From the NCBI GenBank assembly GCA_000934665.2, contig KZ538607.1, forward strand, positions 1 through 59,295: a stretch of 59,295 nucleotides of DNA. The letters are read 5' to 3'. Made by a program: the position numbers and the translations under genes. Shown piece by piece: positions 50,202-59,295 of this stretch. A model generated the notes under the pieces. That model saw nothing but the letters and a program-made list of their open reading frames with translations. It was not told where the DNA came from and did no database searches. This DNA is from Catajapyx aquilonaris. Its lineage: Eukaryota. The first letter of the stretch is position 1; every line of letters starts with the position of its first letter.

Positions 50202-50829
50202 TTAACAAAATGAAAGTCTCAAAATAGGACATCATCTACCATTACTATAACAATTAAAAGAAATATTCTGAGAGGTTCCATGCACCTTCTTGGCCATTTG
50301 CAAAGTGACAAAATTGCACCTTTGTGTCTTCCAATCCAAATTTCACACCTTAGAAAACAAATAATTACTAACTCATTTTCACTTTTCCATCTAATAGTTA
50401 GGAACAATTCCCACAAATGTTTCCATACACAGCAAAATCTATCCCACAACAGATCCTTTAAATAGTTCATAACACCCCAATGTGCATTCGAATATGGTTC
50501 ATACAACCTTTTCTCTTGTGCCCTGGATAACAAGAGATATTTCAACCTGGATTGTCTTCAATCATTCCTTCCTGCAACTGACATATTGTCTAAAGGAATT
50601 TCAATATGTTATTAAAAACCAGAGTAATTACAACCTGACTGTCTTATTGCCTCCAGTTGTCACTATCTCAATATAGTTCATTCATGTGTATTTCTATATG
50701 ACTGGTAGATGTTGAACATATTTTTATTCTGTAAATAAAATATTGTAACCTGGGAACTTCTACCAAATCCAGACACCACAGGATATCCCTATTTTTTTTC
50801 TATTCCTGTGACACATAATCAGTCACAAG

Positions 50830-51050
50830 TGAGACAGTGGTTGGCACATAGCCTTCCACCTCTACGGTCCAGAGTTCAACCCCTACGCGAAGGATTTTTG
50901 CAGCTGGAAGAGTTTCAATGGGTTCTACCTGAGCTTGCATAGGTTTTCTTACGGTTCTCCTGTTTCCTCCTGTCAATGAATAAAGTTTGATGTTGAAATG
51001 AAGACTCCTTAAAATGGTCCCAGTACACCTATCGCAGGTTATCCTATTAC
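50830..51050 (+). mobile_element. Degenerate V-domain-like SINE
   Basis: AGCCTTCCACCTCTA...GAGTTCAA...GAGTTTCAATGGGTTCT similarity to the 15430 copy; limits approximate. Confidence 0.7.
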
Positions 51051-52184
51051 ACTGTACTCCTGATTATCCATGCTAATGAATGCACAGGTATGCATGGAAT
51101 ATAGGAAAACAGGGATAATCCGAAAATGGTCCGAGATACTGCACCAATGCACTATTCAAGGGTTTAATCAAAATAATAAAACTCATCAAATTATTATAAT
51201 TCTTCTCATAGGTATCACAGCACTAGCTTTGACCCATTTTTGCCTGATGCAATTTCACCTGAAGACATTTCAACAGTCTAGAGAATTCTTGTCTGACATT
51301 TGTCTGAAGAGACACTTCATCCAAAAACTTTCATGTGAAGACATCTCATCCAAATAATTTTGTGTGAAGGATTTCTGATCATATGTACTAGTACTACATT
51401 TCTGTCTGATAAAATTTTCTCTTCCTATGCATCCAAGGTTTTGGTTAATGGTTAATGTTTAGTCGAAATGGCCCTTTGGATGAAAAAGTACATCAGATGA
51501 TAATTCCATCAGATGAGATGCATTTGTATGAAAAAGGTTTATGGAATGAGAATTCTGTCATCCGAAATTTTATTTCCTGTTTCATCAGACAAGATGTCTT
51601 CACATGAAAATGTTTTGGGCATAGTGTTATGTAACCATTCAATGTGGTAGCATCTGTCCACCTGGTTTTGCCCAGGTAAACCTGGTAGGAGAGCTCTTGG
51701 AAGCATGCAAATGACTTCTTGTATAGAATGCTGCACTTGATGGTAAGATGGTTTCCTATCTGATACTGCCTGGAAGCTTATTAAAAGTGGAATGTTGATG
51801 CAACCAAATTAGATAAGAAAATAGGATTATTTCCACCAATAGAATTTCACCCTGGTTTGTTCAGTGACATTTGATCTCTTGATTGCTGATGCCTAGGCTA
51901 TTAATATAGGAACCAGCCAAGCTTATAAAATGCATTCAATTAAGAGATATTCTTATTGCAAGAGATGCAATATTAATTATGCTGTTGAATATTATCTGTG
52001 TAATCCAATCTATTGCAGTTCACTTGCTTTGTTTTTTAAATTCTCTGGTGCTTCTTACTCTCCCTGTATTTCCTGCCCTCCCACTATATTAAATATTATA
52101 ATTGTTGTTCTTGTGGGTTACCCATAATAGAACTGTAGCCTTTAAGAGAACCCTCGTTTACAAAAACTCTCTTTATCTGATTAC

Positions 52185-53537
52185 TAAGGAAAGGATTTTG
52201 AGGTTCTAAAAAACCCTCAAATAGGTAGGAATTTAGGCCCTGAAAACCATCAAAATAGGCTCTTAATAGGCAGTAAAAATCAAGCAGGTCCTAATTTATT
52301 TTCATTCCTACGCAATATTACAGACTATTTCTGGCCATTGAATTTTGCAGCACAGAACAAACTAGCAGTTGTTCCATATTTTCGTTGGTTAATCGCAGTC
52401 ATTCGGTGACGACTGTCTGACAATACATTTCTACAATCTGAAAATGACCTTTTGACGTCACACCAAACAACTGGATCATACTTAAAAAGTGAAATTTCTT
52501 CTATAGCCAGTTCATCCGGCATGCTTAGAGGTTCTTCGCCCGTCACAGATGGAAGTGGGAGGGATTCCTTGAATGTAAAACCTGCAGAACTCTCTAAAAT
52601 CTTACAAAATGGTGTCAAAAAGGTGGAAATAGGTGAAAATAGGCGCTAATAGGCCATTTAGGTTTCAACGTCCGAAATAGGCAATTTTAGGTGCTACAAG
52701 TGTTGATTCAAAAGAGATGACCTTTGCTGAGCTTTGAAGATCCAGCGATTACAATTTTATTGGGCATATATATGTCATCCATATCGCGAAGAGGGTGGGA
52801 AAACAAAGGGGGAATGTGACCCCCCCACCGCACCATCGGCCTATGACGGCCCGAGCCCGCCGCGCTTGGAGCTGTTGGACATTGCATGCTGGACACTCGG
52901 TGATGGACAACACGGGAGCTTGATTTCGAGTGTGGGACAAGTCAGAGCACTATGCTTAGGACTCTGAAAGACTGACAGGTCTCAGGAAGTTGGCATCCTC
53001 ACTGGTTCCTCGCCATCTCTTTGAGGTGCAAAAGTGCCCCCATTTTGCTCTCGCTTGGCACTCTATCGCATCGAGGGCGATGGTTTTTTAAAACTGTCTG
53101 TGGCGATAGCTGGCACATGGCTCCGGTCATAGTGCTCTGACTTGTCCCACACTCGAAAACAAGCTCCAGTGTTGTCCATCTCCGAGTGTCCCGCACGCAG
53201 CGTCCAACAGCTCCAAGCGCGGCACGCTTGGGCCCGTCTTAGGGCGATGGTGCGGTGAGGGGGTCACGATCCCCTTTTTTTTTCCAGCCCCCTCGCGATA
53301 TGGGCGACATCTATATGCCAGATAAAATTGTAATCACCGGATCTTCAAAACTCAGCAAAGGTCATCTCTGTATCTGTTACCGGTTTCGAATAAAAATATA
53401 CGCGCCAAAACTTTTGAATCAACCCTCGTATAAAATTTTGAGGTCCTTGTACAGTATTATGAAAGGATAGATATTTTGGTTCCGGTGCTCTGCCTACAAA
53501 ATAAAAAGTAGGTAAAAACCTAGAAATCCGTTCTCTA
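52185..53537 (-). mobile_element. hAT deletion derivative with C-terminal dimerisation-region relic
   Basis: Perfect 8-bp TSD CTGATTAC; 'FKYDPVVWCDVKRSFS...VLSDSRHRMT' resembles hAT 'P.TS.DVERSFS'; AATAGGC repeats. Confidence 0.85.
52709..53370. mobile_element. Palindromic MITE (arms of about 230 bp) nested in the hAT element
   Basis: AGAGATGACCTTTGCTGAG...CTCAGCAAAGGTCATCTCTG. Confidence 0.85.
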
Positions 53538-53899
53538 CTGATTACCATGCTGCTGTGACCGTACCGGTTTTTGCTATAGGTTCACTGCATCCCGAAACTG
53601 CCTTGCATCACTTACGTCACTGTATGTATTTTATTACCCCATTAGAGTCATTCCATACTATCTGCCTACTCATGTCATGTGACTTTTCATTAGCTCCCTC
53701 CCATCATGCATTGTGCTTGACTATAAGAAGGAGTGAGCTGTTTCACTCGAGGCCTTTCCCCGGGAGAATATCCTGGGGACTGGTCAGGCCACTTGTTTGG
53801 TCGACATCTCCCATCCCTGACCTTTTTCCTTTTCCCCTCACACACTCACCATGATGAAGAATGAACTGTACTTGATTGTCTACCCATTGGCTTTTATGT

Positions 53900-54090
53900 T
53901 CATCCAACTGGTGACACTGCTGATAGATTTTTATTTGAGGAGAAAATGGCAAAACTCTGAGAAAACCCATGCAAACACAGCTAACCTATTGGAATGTTTT
54001 CCACACGGGAAAGTCCTCTATCTGACTCGGGGATTGAACTTGAGGCCTAAGAGATGGAAGACTAGCACAAACCACCCTGCCATCATGCTG
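53900..54090 (-). mobile_element. Very degenerate V-domain-like SINE
   Basis: GAGAAAACCCATGCAAACAC and GGGGATTGAACT motifs match the family; limits approximate. Confidence 0.55.
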
Positions 54091-54659
54091 CTCTATCCTT
54101 CCTGATTATTTCAAGGTGGATAACATGAAGGTGTGGGGAAATGAATCTTGCTGCTAGGGAAGCAGTCTTGTGCAACACTCCATTGCATCAGACCATTACA
54201 GTTGACATTTCTCCTAGCTTTTGTGTCAATTCAGAACAATGATGTGCTCCTACTTGATGGCATTACTTTTCACAATGTGGCATTGCTATTTATGTCCTTC
54301 CACATCAAGGACATTCTAGAGCAAAAAAAAGAAACAGCCTCCAAAGATGCAGAACTACTGAATTTAATATACGATCCAGGGCAAATACCACGTGACCAAT
54401 TTTAGGCCACTTTTTGACACTCACCCCCCACCCCCATGTTAACAGACCTTTAAGAGGCATCGGGCCATTTGACTAATACCACATGAGAATACTGCCGTTT
54501 GCGTCGTGGCAAAACTGTGACAATTTTCATCAGTTTAATAACGTACCTTTATAAATATAGCATGCTGCATATCTCTACGAAGATTTATAACTCCCAATAA
54601 TAAAGCAGAGGTTTAGTTTTATAACCTGATACAACTTTCTAAACTTGTGCTAACATTCT

Positions 54660-54830
54660 ATGGGTTTTAAGTCAGTGTGTACTTTGCTGCAGCACATGCC
54701 AAAGGTCCATGTGATGACATAGGAGGACATATCAAAAAAAAATGATGAGTTAGTCTGCCAAGACCAACTGACAATCAAATTACAAGAGTAGCAGAGATGT
54801 TTGACCACTGACTGTCCCAATATCCACTGC
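54660..54830 (+). mobile_element. DNA transposase relic, superfamily uncertain
   Basis: 'FAAAHAKGPCDDIGGHIKK' resembles the HGKGPCDGxGG motif of some eukaryotic transposases. Confidence 0.45.
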
Positions 54831-56445
54831 TTGTTTGTGCACTAAGAAGAGGTAATTTCTTAGTCAAAAAAATTACAGTGAAGATTTGCATCATATCTGG
54901 GGATCAAGGAAATGCAACACCTACAACCCATTCTCTAACATGAGTTCCAGTTTTCTAACTCGCAGCTATACATAAACACCATAATGATCAAAGTATTTTT
55001 TGATCGCTGGTACCAGGATTTTCTAATAGTATCCCACGTACTTTCACTTCCAGTCTTATTCTTTCACCTCTCGGTCTTTCCCTTCACATAATTAACTGAA
55101 AGAGGGCACATCCTACAGTTACAGGAATGTATGAATTTTTAACGATTTATATGTAAAATAATGTCCCTGGTGTATTCTGTACACTCAAAAAAAGTGGAAT
55201 ACAAAAAGACAAAATTTCTGCATGTAGAGTGCAAGTGCCAATTTGAAAAGGATATGTTGCAGTCAATGTAAACAAAAGGCCAGGGATGGTCAAGAGGCCT
55301 CGTTGGCTTTGTAAACTTCAGCCATCTACTCTACTACCACACCTTGCCTGGAAGTTGAGCCAGTTTACAGACACTTACTGTTAGCCTGCAGGCTGTCACA
55401 GGCTTTTGGCCCAGGGTTGTTTTCACTCATAACTTGAAAATACACACATGGGCACTTACAACTTTTACCAATCAATTTTTGGCCTGACATGCATCTTTTG
55501 CATAATTTTCAGCCAAATCAGAGATCATCCTGTGTATGCCCCTTGTGAATATTACCTCCCTATGTTTAGACATATTAAGAAATTATTTGGCAGTAGACAG
55601 TAAAGGGATTGACCAAGGGAAAGAGTAGGCTTCACAACAAGAATGCAAGGACTAACAAAATCCTGTGCTCCAGTTCGAAAAACGCTCGACTATTATGGTA
55701 TTTGTGTCCGACAGCAGCGAAAAATCTGTACCATCACGTGGCTGAGTTAATTGCTTGAGGGATATTTTTAAAGCATGTTAAATGACCAAACTGTATTTAC
55801 TGATGAAATGCGGTAATATATTCTTGCTAATGAATTACATTAGTACCAACTGTTTCCCAGAGATTATCCGACGTTCAACTCTGAACTGAGACTTCCTTGG
55901 CTATGTCAAAAGAAGGACAAGTATGAACCAAGTTTATACCTTGCTAGGGGTTCAAACCTTATGTGGGACCTGGATGAGCCTACTGCATTGCAATTTTGAG
56001 CCAGTGTGAGAACCCTATAGTTCAAAATGACAATGCAGTAAAATAATCCCATTAAATCTAGTTCTGCCTCATAATAACATTCAGAGCCTACATAACAGCA
56101 AGAGCTGATAACAGCACGTAGTTTTACCCAGCAGTTGGTGTCTTTAACTCAATGAAAATAATCTGCACTTAACAACTGTCTTGGCCAGTCACCCATCAAG
56201 ACTTCGCCACTACTACCAATTTCTTTGACAATACATTCGTTTGCACGTCCTCAACCACCAACCACAACAGTGAGTGACAGGTGCAATGCTATAATGCAGA
56301 AGCATTATAGGAACTGGTAAACAAGACAGCTCAACATCAATTCCACTGTCATTCTCTCTACGTGACAAGCAATGTATACAATTTCGGCACAAATGTTAGG
56401 GACATTTTCAGCCACCCAATGTTGTGAAAGTGAGGTCTTAGATAC

Positions 56446-56511
56446 CTTTCCGACGGGCTCATCGGCGGTTTCGGGCGCGGGTGACATATTCTGCTCTTCC
56501 GCTTCGGCCAT
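56446..56511 (-). CDS. PDXDC1: PDXDC1 coding exon 1 (MAEAEEQNMSPAPETADEPVGK)
   Basis: ATG at 56511 in a CpG-rich stretch; donor AAG|GTATCT; 66 nt, phase 0, joins exon 2 in frame. This N-terminus is not recognisably conserved, so it is the least certain exon. Confidence 0.7.
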
Positions 56512-56750
56512 CGTGGCAATTTCGCTCACGTCACAGATCTCTCACTAATGCCAACCCTGACACTCTTACATTTACCATGATTCCCAAGTTAAGATACTAC
56601 TTATTTTAAATTTCTAATATGAATTTACATACAATTAAATTTACATTTTGTAAGAAAATGCTCCTGAGGTGAAAATTAGTGGTGCCATCTTGAGCCTACC
56701 GCGTCATTCATTCACGCGGTCCGATAAAAACCAGATAAAAAGGTTCAGGC
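56512..56750 (-). promoter_or_regulatory. Putative PDXDC1 promoter/5'UTR
   Basis: Immediately upstream of exon 1; contains TGACGTGA, CAGGGTTGGCA and AAGATGGC (YY1-like) on the minus strand; transcription start not determinable. Confidence 0.4.
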
Positions 56751-57054
56751 CCATGACCATATGACCTGGCAATGCATGTGCTTACCCCCTGGCTACTGTG
56801 TAGATGTAGATGGTGGTGCTACAGTGTGGCTGATGCTAGTTGGGGTCAATTGCACCTTGCTTCATAATATGCTTATATGCATACAGTATACTGACGTATG
56901 GTACTGCTGTACAATGAAGTGCAGGCATGTTGAATCAAATGATACCAAGATGATACATAATATGTACACAAGAGCTGATGTACACCATTCATTTCCCCAA
57001 ACTAAAAGCTGCACCGCAAGCCAATTTGACACTGTGTACGAGATATTATTTTAT

Positions 57055-57056
<2 letters not shown>

Positions 57057-57125
<69 letters not shown>

Positions 57126-57144
57126 CCACCATCATCATCATCAT
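57057..57144. repeat. (CAT)n microsatellite
   Basis: Direct observation. Confidence 0.98.
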
Positions 57145-57255
57145 CTTCACGGCGTTTCCCAAACAGATATGGGGTTGCCAGCGGATATTGAGGATGAGGT
57201 CCTTATTATCCTCGTATGACCACATACATACCGTAGGTATACAAAAAAATAATAT

Positions 57256-57759
57256 ATAAAAAATATATAAAAAACCTTTTTAAGAACACGCTTTATATTT
57301 CCAAGTGCACTAAAAAGTAGAAAATAATTTCTTCCTCAATCTTCAGCTTTCGCTTTTACCTTGAACTGAACAGAAGATTCATGACTTTCTTTCCATGGCA
57401 TTCAGCTACTGCAGTATTGTCTTGCTTTACTTATATTCTTATACGGCCTACATGACGAAAAATTAAGCGTGGGCACTAAAATTTTAACACTGTACATGGT
57501 TATATTTCATGCCATGGAAGTAGATAATGTGTCATTTAGTGCCCACGCTTTATTTTTCGTCATGTAGGCCGTATAAGAATATAAGTAAAGCAAGACAATA
57601 CTGCAGTAGCTGAATTCCATGGAAAGAAAGTCATGAATCTTCTGTTCAGTTCAAGGTAAAAGCGAAAGCTGAAGATTGAGGAAGAAATTATTTTCTACTT
57701 TTTAGTGCACTTGGAAATATAAAGCGTGTTCTTAAAAAGGTTTTTTTATATATTTTTAT
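57256..57759. repeat. Near-perfect inverted repeat, arms of about 225 bp with a spacer of about 50 bp
   Basis: 57256-57481 is the reverse complement of 57534-57759 with about 2 substitutions and 1 indel by eye. Confidence 0.95.
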
Positions 57760-57978
57760 TTTAACTGGTTTTTAGTGATAAAGTGGAAGGAATGACAGAT
57801 GTATATAGTACATGGGGAGTTAGGTGAATGGTGCCAGACTGTGATTTGTAATCTTTTCACTTTGTCACTAAAAAACAGTCTGGAGTATTTACTCCCGCCC
57901 TGTAGTTTGGAGGAAGGGAACTGGAAACTGAGAGCCAGTAACTCCGGTGACTGGCGTGGAGATTGCTAACAGACCGAC

Positions 57979-58300
57979 TCACGTGACTACTACCGCTAGT
58001 AGGTATGGAAGTTGCAAATTCACCCATCATGTGACTACTACCGCCAGACGGTAGGGAGGTAGCGAACACAGCCAATCACGTGACTACTACCGCTAGTAGG
58101 TATGGAAGTTGCAAATTCACCCATCATGTGACTTCTACCGCCAGACGGTAGGGAGGTAGCGAACACAGCAAATCACGTGACTACTACCGCCAGACGGTAG
58201 GGAGGTAGCGAACAGAGCCAATCACGTGACTACTACCGCCAGATGGTAGGGAGGTAGCGAACACAGCCAATCACGTGACTACCTCCCGACGATGTGGAGG
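57979..58300 (+). repeat. 48/49-bp minisatellite (A-B-A-B-B-B) followed by a duplication of about 120 bp to about 58565
   Basis: Units start TCA(C/T)GTGACT(A/T)CTACCGC. Confidence 0.92.
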
Positions 58301-59087
58301 AAGTAGCGACGGAGATGTGTAGCGATGTGACAACCTCACGTGACTATACTGCCGCCAACTGGTGTTGATGTGGCATAGTCACCCCTAATGTGAATACCAA
58401 CCGTTAGATGGTGTGGGAAGGCGAATCGCCTCCTAAAGATAGGAGGGAAGTAGCGACTACTACCGCCATCTGGCGTTGATGTTGCGAAAGTCACCCCTAA
58501 TGTGAATCACAACCGTTAGATGGTGTGGGAAGGCGAACCGCCCCTAAAGATAGGATGGAAGAGGACGTGACAACTAAAGCGAACGCGCTACAGGTGCAGA
58601 CAGACATCCATCCGGTCACAGACATCACTCACAGTGAAGCTAATATAAAGCGTGTAAAAAATAATTGTAGGGACGATAGTCCCTATAAGTAAGATCGTCA
58701 GGTAGTTTTCCAACAATTATTTTTTTTGCCTTGTTGGGACGATTTTGTGCCGAGCTCTACAGGCCTTATCCTTGCACACAGAGACTTCAAGTTTTGAACA
58801 TACCTCCGTAGGCCTACTGCACCAACTTATCCCCCTAACCTCTATGCAAATTAGCCTATTTCATCTCATAGCCAATTAAAAAATTAAATAAAAAATTTAA
58901 TAAAAAATCAATGAAATTAAATTTATTTTATTTTCTAATTGCCACGACGCAACTCATATCAACAAATGCCTCGCGCAACTGATTGTTATAGAGACCGAAG
59001 CATAAAAATTAACCTCAACAGACATTACGAATTGAGTTAGCGAATTGGAACGTGTGACTTCTTCCTATTATGTGACATCTCATATTC

Positions 59088-59295
59088 ATGTCCGGTAAGT
59101 CGAGCCGAAAAACTCGGTACAATAGCAAGAATCAGGAGGTTATTCATAAGAAGCAGGCCGTCTACCAGCATCTTCTGGCCGAGGTGCGAGTGGGCCTCGT
59201 CTCCGAGTCAACCCTCCATCTCTTGGCAAGCACCACGCTGGCATCCAAAGACAACAACGAAGCATGTGTCAGCATCTACAGCGGGTGCAAGGCAG
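59088..59295 (+). CDS. Open frame running off the window end (MSGKSSRKTRYNSKNQEVIHKKQAVYQHLLAEVRVG...), function unknown
   Basis: ATG 59088, no stop in 69 codons, GC-richer than flank; absent from the ORF track, probably because it is truncated. Confidence 0.35.
   Translation, partial: MSGKSSRKTRYNSKNQEVIHKKQAVYQHLLAEVRVGLVSESTLHLLASTTLASKDNNEACVSIYSGCKA

Noticed and set aside
56761..57259. 152-aa poly-His ORF
   Set aside because: Kept open by a (CAT)n microsatellite; no protein-like features
57979..58300. CRISPR-like array
   Set aside because: The intervening sequences are repeated rather than unique spacers; eukaryotic context; no cas genes

Overview
Eukaryotic, repeat-rich genomic DNA, probably from an arthropod. 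This is inferred from (TTAGG)n tracts, many 52-63 nt introns and insect-type SINEs and MITEs; no prokaryotic features or CRISPR arrays were seen. The one confidently reconstructed gene is a 15-exon minus-strand PDXDC1 orthologue (ATG 56511 to stop 37144; 2337 nt, 778 aa; all introns GT-AG and phase-consistent by hand). It lacks the PLP Schiff-base lysine typical of group II decarboxylases. A second, unrecognised minus-strand transcription unit probably starts near 26.0 kb. It runs through about 5 short uORF-laden candidate exons into a 141-aa ORF (hydrophobic segment plus acidic tail) at 18155-18580. A third possible minus-strand unit begins near 12.2 kb. Most remaining sequence is nested DNA transposons and MITEs (Tc1/mariner, PIF/Harbinger, hAT, P-like, TTAA-specific piggyBac/Kolobok-like, Sola-like), many with readable target-site duplications (TSDs). 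There are also tRNA-derived SINEs with a V-domain-like core, a (GT)n-embedded element carrying TTAGG tracts, long near-perfect palindromes, microsatellites and a 215-N gap. All calls are by eye; TE superfamily names rest on terminal inverted repeat (TIR)/TSD signatures and remembered motifs, not database searches.
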